DNA from: Octopus bimaculoides
Lineage: Eukaryota
Length of the DNA stretch: 64,000 nucleotides
Reading direction: 5' to 3'
Assembly (NCBI RefSeq): GCF_001194135.2
Contig: NC_068987.1
Span: 96,647,327 to 96,711,326 of the forward strand
Part shown: piece by piece, positions 24,360-38,298 of the stretch
Layout of the letters: the number at the start of each line of letters is the position of its first letter
Position numbering within the stretch: position 1 is the first letter of the stretch
Translations under genes and position numbers: made by a program
The notes under the pieces: model-generated
Seen by the model: only the letters and a program-made list of their open reading frames with translations
Databases searched by the model: none
What the model was told of the DNA's origin: nothing

Positions 24360-26198
24360 GCTACATTTCTATTTTGGCAAGACTGCTACTTACTGCATAG
24401 GGCTACATTACACAATAAAAGCATTCATCTTAGAGTAAGAATGGTAATCATTTACCTGCAATACCCGTGTAATAAGAAATATATTACAACACCATAAAAG
24501 TGGCCTCGCTTCTCCAACAACTCTATATGAAATATTTGTATATGTGGAGAAAAAAGTAACAAGAGATATGAAGTATTTTTGTGGTATTGTAGGGTTATCT
24601 CCCCTTTATTTAAACTTTCGCTCTCAAAGTTCAAGCAGGGGTAGAGAGGGCGGGAAGAGGTTAATGGATATAGGCCGGGAAAATTGTGTCAATGGGTTTT
24701 TTTTAAACTAAGTTGGCCTATCAACCTCGTCTGTCAGATTTGCGTGAATAGTTATCCATTCTTACTACTCCTGTAATATATCATTTATTTATTGGTTGTT
24801 TTGTGGTTTCTTCGTTTACGATTCTTTTGTCAGTATTATGGCATTCTTTCCGTTCGTGATCTCAAAATGAAATAAATTTTAGTCCATAAGTCAGTAGTTT
24901 ATACTTTACATGAAGCTTGAATCAAAATAAATGTTGAAGCGAATTTGAAGATTATTATTTAATAATATTCGTTTACTAAATGTAATTTTTCCATGAAGCG
25001 AAAAATAACATATCAGCTCATGATATTTGTCTTAGAAATCTGGGGGGGGGGTAGTTTTGGCATATCTACAGAAATCCACACCTCCCCCTCCCGACTTTGT
25101 TTCCTCATAACTTCCAGAAAAAATTGGATATGTTTAATGACATTTTCTACAAGTACGTTTCAGATGGTTTAGATTCCGATTATATTTGAATTTGTTGTGA
25201 AAACTTTTCCAAGGGTGGGGAGAAAGGTTTTGGAAAATTCAAACAAGTCAACTTTGTTTCCTCATAACTTTCAGAAAAATGAGTTAGAAGACCGAATAAT
25301 TACATCACAATTTTGATGATTGGGATTCATATAAAAAAATATTGCTTAGCAACCAATTTTTGAACGATCAACCATGACATCATGATACTAATTATGTTGA
25401 CCTCCATGCTTTGGTGTGGATTATATCTTTTACTTGTTTCATTAGACAGTGGTCTACCACCTTGAAGAATTTATGAAATTAATCAACCCCCCCCCCCAAT
25501 ACTTTTTTTTAAAGCTTCGTGCTTATTTTATTGTTCTCTTTTACCAAACCGCTAAGTTAAGGGAATGTAAATACACCAACACCAGTTGTCAAGTGGTGGT
25601 GGAGGAAACAAAAACACACACAAACATACATACATACAACAAGCTTCTTTCTGACAAGGCTTTGGTCAGCCTGAGGATATAGTAGAAGGCACTTGAGCAA
25701 GGTGCCATGTTGTGAGGCTGATTCTGGAATCATGTGGTTGGGAAGCCAAGCCTGTACCTATGGAAATAATTATGGTAATGAAATTGATGGATATGATGAT
25801 GACTAAAAGTCACACCACTGGTAGCAAAATAATAGCCAACTCTCCTTCTTAATGAGGCAGGAAGCCAATTGAATATTGTTGCCATAAATAGTTAACCCCT
25901 TATATGGAAGTAGAACAAACTGCCATTATGTATAATCCATGCTTAGTTGGCCTGTAATTTACAACCTTTGATATACCTCCAAACATGTTTTACACCAGAA
26001 AATACATTTGATATAATTAGAATGTAGAAGAGACAATGTGTTCATGCCTGGATAGTTGGGATGTGTCGTATCCTTTCTTATTGCAAGTAATCAATGAAAT
26101 CAAATAATTAAATATACAAAATTAAGCTTTCATTAACCCTAAGTTTAATTTAAGAGCCATAAAAGGATGGGCTTTTCATCTAAGCATATATATATATA

Positions 26199-26760
26199 CA
26201 GGGTACGGTGAATAAACTTGTCTATATTATGCAAAAAGGAAAATGACACTGACATTTCATTTTAACAGATATATTTACCAAAATTACATAAAAATATCTT
26301 GAAATACTAAAGAGTAAATTTATTCAATGATATCACCATTGGCTTTGACCGTGGCCTCCAGACAACTTCAGAAGCTCCTGCAACTCTTCTGGACGGTCTC
26401 CTTGTTTAAGTTGGTGAATGCTGCCATAAGCCTTGCCTTCAGTCCATCTTTGGTGCTATAAGGAGTTTTGTTGGTCTTTTGCTCAGCTGTGCCCCACACA
26501 TAATAATCAAGGGGTTTGCATTCTGAGAAGTTAGATGGCCAGATGTTAGGGGTGATGTGGTCACAGAAATTGTCTGACAGCCATGACTGGGTTCTCCTGT
26601 TTGTGTGACATGGCGCAGAGTCCTGTTGCCAGACACAGGGTCTTCCAGCAGCCACCCTCTTGACCCAGGGCAGCATTACCTCTTCTAGGCACTTGATGTA
26701 GGCCTTTGTGTTGTGTCTGAGGCTGTGTGGGAAGATGAATGGAGGCATAACATCATGGTA
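26199..26760 (-). mobile_element. Tc1/mariner (maT/DD37D-like) transposon right end with transposase C-terminus
   Basis: WQQDSAPCH..TQSWL..WPSNFSECKPLDYYVWG..TPYSTKDGLK; terminus TA|CAGGGT at 26199. Confidence 0.88.
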
Positions 26761-26963
26761 GTGGAGCTTCTGGTGCGAATGCCAAGCAGTACCGTATGTC
26801 TTTTCCAAATTTCTGGCAGAATGAATTGTGTCAGGTTGCTGTTTTTCTCACAGACAATACCCAACTGACCCTACTATACTGTGTAGTCAACAAAATCAAA
26901 AACAAACAATGCATATACACAAAATTAAAACTATAAAATGGTGACAATTTACCATTACACCCC

Positions 26964-27016
<53 letters not shown>

Positions 27017-27832
27017 GTATTGATAAATAGCCTGTATCTTGTATGAGAATCAGTTAAGTAATGAGGGGTTAATGGGCAACATACATAAGTATATACAGTA
27101 TACATAATAGACTGGCAGGAACAAACTAACAAGATATAAATACTGTGAGATTATAGAGGTACCACTGAAGGCTGTATCTTCATGTAGTATATGTAATTTA
27201 GCTTGAAGTAACCTATCCTTTTCAAAGCTATATTCAAAGTTGAAATCAATACAGCAAACTAACAAAGCATTCATCACTTGCTCCCACAGCATATTATATA
27301 TTGGAACATTGAGTATTCTGTTGTTTATATATACATCATTGTGAAGCGGAAAGAATATGAAATGTTACCTGTGATTCTTGGAGAAGTATTATTTGGACAC
27401 CAAATCCTTTCATGTCTTCAGTATCTCTTTGAATGACCTATACCTTCATTTGTCCTCAAGCTCTTCATTTCCTTATTCAATGTCTTACCACTGCTGAAGC
27501 TGTTGTTATTTAAGTTCCAGGTTGTCTCTGACAGAGTAGACCTGTGATCAAAGACATTCAAAATGTGAGCATGGCATCTTTTTAAGAGACATATTGAACT
27601 ACTTTGACCAGTGTTCCCTTCCTATTTTTTAATGATAGCAATATGTGATTGGAGGGCAATCTGACTGCTATTTCTAGCATGTTGAACTATATAGAAGCAC
27701 CCCATTGGCTAGTTGTCTTCCTACTGATCCCAACAAGTAGTTCTTTTGTTAGTCTTTTCATAAGGACAGAAATCTCTAACCCATTCATATTTCTTGTTCA
27801 GTAACCTCTTTGTTGTGTACATGCCAAATGGT

Positions 27833-28293
27833 TTTATTCTTTTATTGTTTTATTCTTTTACTTCTTTCAGTCAGATGACTGCAGCCCTGCTGGAGCACTG
27901 CCTTGAAGGGTTTTAGTCAAACAAATCAACCCCAGGACTTATTTTTTAAGCCTAATACTTATTCTAGCGGTCTCTTTTGCTGAACTGCTAAGTTATGGGG
28001 ACATAAACATACCAACATTGGTTGTCCAGCAGTGATGGAGGAGGACAAACACAGACACACACACACACACGTGCATGCACGAACGCACATGCATGCACGA
28101 ACGCACGTGCGGGCGCATGTGCATACACACACACACACGACAAGCTTCTTTTAGTTTTCATCTACCAAATCCACTCACAAGGCTTTGTTCAGCCTGAGGC
28201 TATAGTAGAAGACACTCACCCAAGGTACCATGCAGTGGGACTGAACCCAGCACAATGTAGTTGGAAAGCAAGCTTCTTACCACACAGCCATAC
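27833..28293 (-). mobile_element. SINE family A copy
   Basis: Full-length reverse-complement match with internal CA/CG repeat. Confidence 0.85.
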
Positions 28294-29159
28294 CAATTAA
28301 CTACAGGACAGCATGCTTATAGACTGTAAGATCAGATCCATTAAATCCTTTGCCTGTGTTTGAGCTTCTCAGCAAAATAAATCATTCTATATAACCTCAC
28401 AACAGCTGGCTCTTAAAATAGTACAAGGTCATTTTGGAATGTTATTTTTGATATAGTAGAATCCAATCTATGTGGGAACTGGTAGAATGATTAAAGCATC
28501 AGACAAAATAGCTTGTATTATTCAGTTAGAACGCCCTGTTCTGAGTTCAAATGCTGTCAAGGTCATCTTTGCCCTTCATCCTTCCAGGGCTCAAAAAAAT
28601 GAAATGTGATTGATTAGATATTCTTATAATGCATTCTAAATGTAAATGTAAGACTAAGCAATTTATCTCCCCTACAGTTAACAATATAAAAAAAGATAAA
28701 TCCTAGTCAGTCATTAATTGCCCTTTAAGGTTCATGAGACATTTCCAACTGTGTTTTTTTCCTATTCATTGATTCTTGTAAATAAATTATTCATCTGCCT
28801 GTATCCCAACCATGGCATTTATATATTACACTATTACCCTGCCATGTTGCTAGCTTTTTCTTCATCATCTTCTCCCTCTTCTAGAGATCTGATTAGAAGC
28901 TTGTCATATCATTTTGTCCTTTAGGAATGTCTTAACTGTCTTCTCCTGTATTTATTTAACACACTATACATATTCTCTTTCACTATTATTAGTCATTGTA
29001 TTAAGGTGGTGAGCTGACAGAGTCGTTAGCCAACTGGAAAAAGTGCTTCAGGGCATTTCATCCATCCTTATGTTCTACATTCAAATTCCACCAAGGTTGA
29101 CTTTGCTTTTTATCTTTTTTGGGGGGGTCAATGAAACAAGTACCAGTTATGCACTGGGG

Positions 29160-29585
29160 TCATCATCATCATCATTGTACATCCGTTTTCCATGCTGGCA
29201 TGGGTTGGACAGTTTGACTGAAGTCTGGAAAGCCAGCAGCTGCACCAGGCTCCAATCTGATCCAGCAATGTTNNNNNNNNNNAAGCCAGCAGCTGCACCA
29301 GGCTCCAATCTGATCCAGCAATGTTTCTACAGCTGGATGCCCTTCCTAATGCCACCCACTCTGAGAGTGTAGTGGTGTTCTTTTTACATGCCACCAGTAC
29401 ATGAGCCAGTCAGTCAGGCCTGGCATCGATCACGTTCTTATAGTGCTTTTTACGGCACGGGAGCTAGTCAGGGGGTACTGGCACTGGCTACGTTCGGATG
29501 GTATTTACATACCACCGGCATGGGAGCCAGTCAGGTGGCCCTGGCATTGATCACGTAGGTGGCCCTGACATCGATTGCGTCAATA
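29160..29585 (-). mobile_element. Family C RTE-tail repeat with internal tandem units (contains gap)
   Basis: catcatcat tail, gatgcccttcctaatgcc core, repeated ccagtcagg...ctggca units. Confidence 0.8.
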
Positions 29586-29949
29586 TAATCAATTTATCTC
29601 CTCCTCCAAATTTCAGGCCTTGTGCCTATAGTAGAAAGGAATATTAGTCATTGTATTCAAACTTATTACATCCTGAGCTCAAATCCTGCAGAGGTTAACT
29701 TTGCTTTTTATCCTTTCACAGTCAATAAAATAAAGTATCAGTTAAGTGTTGGGGCTAATGAAAATGACTTGCCCCTTCCCCTTGAAATTGCTGGCCATGT
29801 GCCAAAATTAGAGAGAATTATTATTAGTCTTTGAACATATTTCACTGGGCAAATATTGATGATCTTGCTTGGAAACAAGTAAGGTTTGGTAACATGAAGA
29901 GCATCCAACCAAGGAAAATCTCTCCCAAGCATAAGAATGATGATGATGA

Positions 29950-29993
<44 letters not shown>

Positions 29994-31073
29994 TACATAT
30001 GTAGGTGTGTGTGTGAGAGAGAGAGAGACAAAGTGTATTTATACGTACATGCACACACACACACATATATAAACTTGTCTTCATCATTGAATATTTCAGC
30101 TTTGGCAAGCTTCACTCATGATTCTTTTCCATACCTTCATAGCTTATACAAGAAACTCATTAATCACTTATGTTAGTGGTGGTGGTGGCGGCAGAGACAG
30201 CAGTGATGGTGGTGGTGGCAGTGGTGGTGGTGGCGGTGGTGTTTGCAGTAAAGTACTAAATCTATTTCTGTAAATCTGAATTCATGTGTGTTTGGTGTGG
30301 ATGTGTGCATACAAGTGCATACATGTTTAAAAGTGTATGTGTGCCTGTGCACATGAGTGTCAAATACTGACTGAAAGAAATGGTTTTCATGGTAATTTGT
30401 ACAAATAAGTAAAAGATGGCAGGATATGAAACGTTGTTTAACTCAAGCTTATATTCTGTTGAATTCTAAGGCAAAATTGTTAGGCAACAAAAAACATTTA
30501 TGCTTTTCGATTACTTCATTTCTCAATATCTACCTTAACTTGCCTTATTTTTGATTCTTTACTCTAAGTTAATTAATCATTACTCTTCAGTTCAGACATT
30601 TATTTATCACAAAACATTAAGGTAGCACGTGTAACAAGGATGGGTTCACAATAAATATTTGAAAACTAATATTTGCAAAGAACATTGACCTAGAATTCTT
30701 AAAGGAAGATACTTGCTCCCGCCCTTATGTTATATATTTTGCTTAAATTTCTTTTTTGGTATTTTTCATTCTCAGACTTCTTAAGTTTCATCATTGCATA
30801 ATTTAGAATCTGGGGCAATTGTGAGAAAGAAAAAAAAAGTGAAGAAGTTAAAGTTGGAGTGTTAGTGGGGATGGGATGAGGTGGGCAGGTAAATTCAAAT
30901 ATTAGTGCTATTTCCAAATGTATATGTATATTAGGATTAAACAATTTATTGGGTTGGGTCTAGAATTCAATAGTTTACTACCTAGAACCTTCAAGGTTTA
31001 AGTGACATATTTTGAAAATAACAAAGACACATCTCATAGATGTGTGTGTGTGTGTGTGCATGTATACATACAT

Positions 31074-31830
31074 TTGCAACCCATAGGAAGCTGGAGTGCT
31101 CCACTTAAACAGAAGTTTGGAGGAGAACTGGGCATCATACCAGCAAAAAGCAATGCATGGGTACATATCCCATAAGCTAGAGGACAACAACAGTATTGAC
31201 AGGAAGAATAGCCTCTCCTAGACCTGTGATAGATACATTATATCCCACCTATCCTGAAACAGGAGATAGCTACTAAATACCTTACAAATGAGAGAGACAA
31301 AGATACCACTAAACCTCCATGTTGTGATAAAAAATGTTGGTTCTGTTATGCCAGTGTGGAAGATATCGCTCCGCATCATCATCAGCTGTCCCATAATGTC
31401 CATGAGGTACTACCTGCCCCTGAGGCATGGTATAGTTGCAAAGACTATTTACAAGGCTATTCACAGGAAAGATTTGCCCTGATGTATACATCAAAGTTAT
31501 GTGAGAACTAGTATGTATACACACCTTAAAAGCAAGGAGTATTGGTGGAATACTCCAATAGAAGCAGCAATTTAGTGCAAACATAACAGAATTGATATTG
31601 TTTTGTGGGACAGGGAGCAAAAGTCATGCACTGTTGTAGTGGTTAGCGACTCAGTGGATGTGATTGTACCAGGAAAAAGAGAACATGTATGGTGACTTAA
31701 TGCAGAACTTACAACTCTTGGACCCTGACTTTAAATTCTTATTTGTACCTATTATTATAGGTGCATTAGGCTATGTACCTACAAATTTATACAAAAACCT
31801 AGAAGAGCACAAAGCCAGGAGAAATATTGC
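31074..31830 (+). mobile_element. R4/Dong-clade RLE non-LTR retrotransposon C-terminal fragment
   Basis: MHGYISHKL..IDRKNSLS, CWFC..VEDI..HII.SCP (CCHC), YYLPLRH.IVAK, EYWWN.PI, KHNRIDIVLWDRE, FVPIIIGALGYV. Confidence 0.8.
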
Positions 31831-32608
31831 TAGCATTTTGTCCAGCACAGTAACGATTCTGTCAGCTCACCATCTTGTGTTTTTCTACTAATAAAACATT
31901 GTGATATAAATACAAAACAGCAAAACTGCAAAATGATTAATTTAAATATAATGAAATTGTATGACATTGAACTAAAAGAATACTTTCTGGTCCTTGTTCA
32001 AGATCACTGTGTACTGAGTTCAAATCTCACCAAGGGCAACCTTACCTTATATCATTTTAGGACTAATAAATAAAGTAACAATCCAGAGTGTGGGGGTCAG
32101 CAGGATTGTTTGAGTGCTAAATGAGATGCCTTACAGTTTTTTGTGATCTATATCTTTGTTATGAGTTCAAATTCTGCCTTCTATCACAGACTGCCTTGTG
32201 GCAGGAAACAGAGCCTTTGATGTCCAGCTAACACTGGTAGGCCTCCAACATCAAACAGAATAAAGAGTTGATTGGAATGACATATCAGTTGCATCAATGC
32301 AAAAAACATGAAGCTGCTGAGGTAACAGGGTAGATTAATGCTGGGACCAAGAAATTAAATAATAAATTATAATGAAATTAAATAGTGCAATGCTGCATAG
32401 TTTCTGTGATACAACATTATGAATTTAATAATACTGTTAATTCTTTCTGACTTTGGTACAAGGCCAGCAATTTTGAGGGTAGGCAGCAAGTCAATTGCAA
32501 TAACCCTGAAAGGATGAAGAGTGAAGTTGATGTTGGCAGGATGAAACATAAAAAGCCAGAAGAAACGCTGTTATACATTTTGGCTGATGTACTAATGACT
32601 CTGTCAGC

Positions 32609-32661
<53 letters not shown>

Positions 32662-32872
32662 CCTTTCTATTATAGGCACAAGGCCTGAAATTTGGGGAAG
32701 GGGATAGTTGATTACATAGACTCCAGTACTCGACTGCTACTTATTTTATCGACCCTGAAAGGATGAAAGGCAAAGTCAACCTCGGCAGAATTTGAACTCA
32801 GAATGTAAAGACAGATGAAATGCCACTTAGCATTTTGCCCAGCATGTTAATGATTCTGCCAGCTCACAGCCT
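32662..32872 (-). mobile_element. tRNA-derived SINE family B with (TTA)n tail
   Basis: Head gctggcagaatcattaacatgctgggc, B-box gagttcaaattc, body gactttgcctttcatcctttcagggtcgataaaataagt, 3' ggccttgtgcctataatagaaaggattatta. Confidence 0.85.
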
Positions 32873-32897
32873 CAACAACAACAACAACAACAATAAC

Positions 32898-32929
<32 letters not shown>

Positions 32930-33085
32930 TAATATAGAAAGGATTGAGGTAACACCTCCTGAAGATATAGAGTCAAAATTAAAAGAAGATTGTTATCTAG
33001 TGAACGATATTTTGACATCTTGTGTCTTCAACTGGTTCAAAAAATAAATTTGTCAATCTACTTCATCTTGGTTAATATAGAAAGG

Positions 33086-33129
<44 letters not shown>

Positions 33130-33132
<3 letters not shown>

Positions 33133-33335
33133 GACAAATGGTTGATTGAGATTGGAATAGAATGCCCTGTAGAGCTTCTACAGAAAGTTTGCCTCTTGGG
33201 GACAGGAAAAATTACCAGGAGGGTTCTAAGCACTTGAAAGACTATTGAAAACTTGTGGATACCTAAGGTTGCAAGTAATAACCCGCTACCCACATAAATT
33301 CTACAAGGAATCACAATGAACTTGAGTCAAACCAA
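33130..33335 (+). mobile_element. Dong/R4-type 3' end inserted in (TAA)n
   Basis: KDKWLIEIGIECPVELLQKVCLLGTGKITRRVLST* (LQK.CLLGT..I.R.VL C-terminal signature); flanked by (TAA)n 5' and gataataat 3'. Confidence 0.75.
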
Positions 33336-33349
33336 TGATAATAATTATC

Positions 33350-33565
33350 CATTCTATTATAGGTAAAGGGCCTGAAATTTTAGGAGAGGGTTTGGTTGAT
33401 GTAATCAACCAGAGCGCTTAACTGGTACTTATTTTATTGCCCCCTGAAAGAATGAAAGGAAATATCAACCCTGGTGGAATTTGAACTCACAGTGTAAAGA
33501 TGGACGAAATGCTGATGAGCATTTTGTCCAGCATGTTAATGATTCTGCCAGTTTGCCACCTTAAT
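33350..33565 (-). mobile_element. SINE family B copy
   Basis: Co-linear with the 32662 copy. Confidence 0.75.
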
Positions 33566-33773
33566 AATAACAATAATAATATAGTACAACCACAAAAGGT
33601 CACAGAGAATGACAAAATGACCATACTTTGAGACATGGTAAAATATTGAGGAAAGGGAGATTAAGTTAATTCAACCAAATTTTATCATCAAAGACCACCA
33701 GGCAAATTTCAAAACAATGATACCAAAATAGCAATGAAACAGAAGTACAAAGTTAGTGTGCTATACTTTTTGC

Positions 33774-34037
33774 TTTTATTCTTTTACTTGTTTCAGTCAT
33801 TTGACTGCCGCCATGCTCCAAAGCACCACCTTAAAGCATTTTAGTCGAACAAATTAACCCCATGACTTATTCTTTGTAAGCTTAGTACTTATTCTATCAG
33901 TCTCTTTTGCCAAACCACTAAGTTACGGGAACATAAACACACCAGCATTANNNNNNNNNNNNNNNNNNNNNNNNNNNNNNNNNNNNNNNNNNNNNNNNNN
34001 NNNNNNNNNNNNNNNNNNNNNNNNNNNNNNNNNNNNN

Positions 34038-34069
<32 letters not shown>

Positions 34070-34263
34070 ATATATATATACAACACACACACATATATAT
34101 GACAAGCTTCTTTCAGTTTCCATCTACCAAATTCACTCATAAGGCTTTGGTCGGCCCCAGGCTATAGTAGAAGACACATGCCCAAGGTGCCACATAGTGC
34201 GACTGAACCTAGAACCATATGGTTGGGAAGCAAGCTTTCTACCGCATAGCCACACCTGCACCT
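33774..34263 (-). mobile_element. SINE family A copy (contains N gap)
   Basis: Full-length reverse-complement match; gap falls in the internal microsatellite. Confidence 0.85.
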
Positions 34264-34631
34264 ATCCTATGGGGAAAAAGTATGTGTGTTATTGAATGAA
34301 CACAGCTTGTCATAATGTGTAAAATAATCTTTTATGGTGTAATTTCACTAACTTTGTATTTTGTTTCATTTTTTTTTTTTTTAACTCTATAGAAAAACAA
34401 TCTGAGTATTAAGACATGAAAACTGAGATAATCATTTAAAACACAAACAATCCCTATAATAAAAGTTACCTAAGCAAAATTGAGGAAAAGATACAAATAC
34501 ATTACTAAAATCTTTGTATTGATACACACACAAAGTTATCTTAAGGTAGATGATATAGGTGTTGCAGTACCAAGGCCCAGGAGGACAATGGATCCATGAC
34601 TAATATAATTCATTATATTTCAATGCAAGAG

Positions 34632-34850
34632 AGCAGTGAGGTGGCAGAATCATTAGCACACTAGGCAAAGTACTTAACAGCATTTCTCCTAGCTTTATGT
34701 TTTAAGTTCAAATTCTGCCAAGGTCTACTTTGCCTTTCATTTTTGCAGGGTTGATAAAATAAGTACCAGTTAAGCACTGGGGTGGATATAATCAATTCAA
34801 CTCCCTTCTTTCTGATTTCAGGCCTTGTGCCTATAGTAGAGAGAATTATT
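34632..34850 (+). mobile_element. SINE family B copy
   Basis: gcagtgaggtggcagaatcattagc...gttcaaattctgcc...ggccttgtgcctatagtagag. Confidence 0.8.
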
Positions 34851-35810
34851 TTTCAATGTAAGTGGATTCTCCACTTCTTTGGTGCAGCATCAGTATCCAT
34901 CAGCACCTAAAGATGGCCTTGCTCACACATGGTACATAAAACAGCACTTGAGACACAGGACACAGAGTACATAGAGGTCTTGCAGTACAATAGAAAATTC
35001 AAAATACAAAGCAGACGGCTGCATGTATCCAAGATACACAAATCTATACTCAGTCATGTAGGAAAACAATGAAAATAAAACTACAAAAAATTTTTTTAAC
35101 CCAATTCAATACTTCTAAAAACCTTACTAATTAAATAATTTCTCTGAGTTGTGTTTGTTTTATAATTCTATATCACCTAAAAAATTTTGGCTTTGTTTTT
35201 ACTTAGTAAACTAAACTTGATATTATTTTTTGTTTGTTATTCCCCCCCCCACACACACAAACATAACAGAGAAGAGAGTAGATTTTCTAGAACTCATATA
35301 TTTATACAAAAAATATGAAAAAGAAAAATTCTAAAATATTTTATTTTACTTACATTTTGTGACAATTTTACAAGATACATGATTTCAGTCTTATTTCAGC
35401 ACTAACAGACATTTTGAATATTTATTTGATAATGAGGTGATGTGGAAACGAAATGTAAAATACGGATGGTTGTAGTGACAATAAATTGATACTTGTGACT
35501 TTACACTTTTTTTTGGCAACATATGTCAGTACACACACACACACGCACACACACGTACACACACACACATTAGGAATATATATCCTTACATCTCTTGTCC
35601 TACTTCAATGCATAAACTTTCTTATAAAGATATGCATCGGCTGTAATCACATACAGCATACATGTGGGTTATTTTTTACTAGGGATGTTAAGGTTTTTCT
35701 TCTATTTTATTTTTTTATGCAAGCAGCAGGGCGTATGTATCTGTATCTATATATGTATGCCTGTGCTCTTGTATGTTTGACTGTGTGCATGTTTATATAT
35801 ATATATATAT

Positions 35811-36089
35811 ATCATCATCATCGTCGTTTAACGTCCGCTTTCCATGCTAGCATGGGTTGGACGATTTGACTGAGGACTGGTGAAACCGGATGGCAACACC
35901 AGGCTCCAATCTAATTTGGCAGAGTTTCTACAGCTGGATGCCCTTCCTAACGCCAACCACTCAGAGAGTGTAGTGGGTGCTTTTACGTGTCACCCGCACG
36001 AAAACGGCCACGCTCGAAATGGTGTCTTTTATGTGCCNNNNNNNNNNAATCCTACGGGAGCCAGTCAGGCGGTACTGGCAACGGCCACG
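35811..36089 (-). mobile_element. Family C RTE-tail repeat, young
   Basis: Only 3 differences over ~148 bp from the copy at 38299. Confidence 0.88.
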
Positions 36090-36244
36090 ACATACATACA
36101 CACACACATTTATATATATATATGTGTGTATAAATGTGTGTGTGTGTGTGTATACACACACAGATATTTCCTATATAAGTTAAATTTTTTTCTTTGTAGA
36201 TTTTAAGCATGTCACTAGCACAATGGCAAGGTTCTTTTGTCTAA

Positions 36245-36440
36245 ATTATTTTCTACTCTAGGCACAAGGCCCAAAATTTTGGGGGAGGGTACCAGTCGAT
36301 TAGATCAACCCCAGTACGCAACTGGTACTTAATTTATCGACCCCGAAAAGACGAAAGGCAAAGTCAACCTCGGTAGAATTTGAACTCAGAATGTAAAGAC
36401 AGACGAAATACTGCGAAGCATTTCGCCCGGTGTGCTAACT
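36245..36440 (-). mobile_element. SINE family B, young copy
   Basis: CpG-rich, near consensus (ccgaggttgactttgcc...cggggtcgataaattaagtaccagttgcgtactggggttgatc). Confidence 0.85.
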
Positions 36441-36634
36441 TTCTTTTGTCTAAACGAGCACAATTTTTGGGGTTTATGAATATGGGAATTGGTTGGTATG
36501 TGCATATATGTATCAGTGCATGTGTGTGTATGTGTTTATTGTGTGCACATGCACGTATGTGTGTGGATAAAGTTACACTCATGTACCAGGTGTGCATGTC
36601 ACATTAGTACTTATGCATGCTTCATTACTTCATG

Positions 36635-36690
<56 letters not shown>

Positions 36691-38298
36691 TGTGTGCCTG
36701 TTTAGAATGGTGCTTCTCCAAAAATTGTAAGCTATAAGCAGTGCCATTGCTATTTTTCCTATAAACAAATTGAAGATATGTGAAACGTGAGATCCCTTAT
36801 TTGAAAAACAGGTAATGGCTAGTATCAGCTGCAAAACTATCTTCATAACACATTCATCTAATCCATGCTAGCATGGAGAAATGGATGTAAAATGAAACAA
36901 ACAAATTTGTATATATGAGAAATGACTTCCCTTTTAGACATCATGTCTTAAAAGCACAACTGTCTTCTGATTTAATCCTTTTTTATAAAAGCTTTTGCAT
37001 ATCTCCTTATAAGGTCCTTGTAGTTTATTTGGGACAATACATTTTTCAATTTCATCTTTATTGACATTTCAGGACAATCTCAGCATCATCATCAGGATGT
37101 GAAGTTGTGTTGACTTTTTTATTGTAGAGTTTACTACAAGCATTTGACTGTAAGAGTTCAACATCATGAAACATGTATCTTGGCCATCATTTACATGTCT
37201 TCAATCATATGCTTACCTTCTCTGTGACAAGTGTATGCTATCATCATGTGTTCTAGATTTATGTTGTGATATGAATATCACTTCCATAATTAATCAACTG
37301 TTTTTGTAGGGTAGTCTGTTATAGTATAGGTGTATAATGATCATTGCATTATTTTAATGCCTGCTTTTTCGCACTTACATCAGTCAGACAGAATTTATTG
37401 GAGTGGATTTTCAACAGCCAGATGCCCGTCCTGTCACCAACCCATACCCATTTCCAAGCAACGAACTAATTTCCCATGGTCAGACGTTTTTCACAGAATA
37501 TTGAAAGTGAAGGACATTTATTTATCACAATTCCACAATAAGGACACACACACACATGCATGCATGCATGCACACACACACACACATGACAGGCTTCTTT
37601 CAGTTTCTGTTCATCAAATCCACTTACAGGCTTTTTTCAGTTTCCATTTACCAAATCCACTCACAGGGCTCTGGCCACCCTGAGGCTATAGTAAAAGTCA
37701 CTTGCCCAAGGTGCCATGCAGTAGGACTGAACCCAGAACCGTGTGGTTGGGAAGCAAGCTAACTTTGCAACTTAGCAAAAGAGACTAATAGAATAAGTAC
37801 CAGTCTTAGAAAATAAGCACTGGGGTGAATTTGCTTGAGTTAACCTTTCAAGACAGTGCCACAGCTTGACCTCTGTCCTGTGACTGAAACAAGTAAAATA
37901 TAAAAGATAGCAATGATGAACAATAGCATAGTTACATATTTCCAATGGGCTGGTCACTGAATCCAGCAAGCCTATTACGAAGGACATTCCAGCTATGAAC
38001 CTCCTGTCTTTCTGTTCTCGAAGATAGTATGTCTAGGATTACATTATCCAAGAGTGTCAGTTTCTTAAGACAGTAGGATGTGTGTGTGTGTGATATGAGA
38101 GAGATTTGGTAGCTTTGAGTGTGTGTGTGTGTGTGTGTGCACATGTGTGAATGTGTATGTGGGTGTGAAAAGTTTTGAAAATAATTAGTGAAATGATTAA
38201 ATATATAATCCACAGCTTATGTTTAATGAACTAAAGCAGCAGATCCCTCATTAATGAAACAGATATCTATGAGTGTGGGCATGTATGTGTGTATGTTT

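Noticed and set aside
29231-29325. Direct repeat either side of a 10-N gap
   Set aside because: Identical sequence abutting both gap edges; typical scaffolding overlap.
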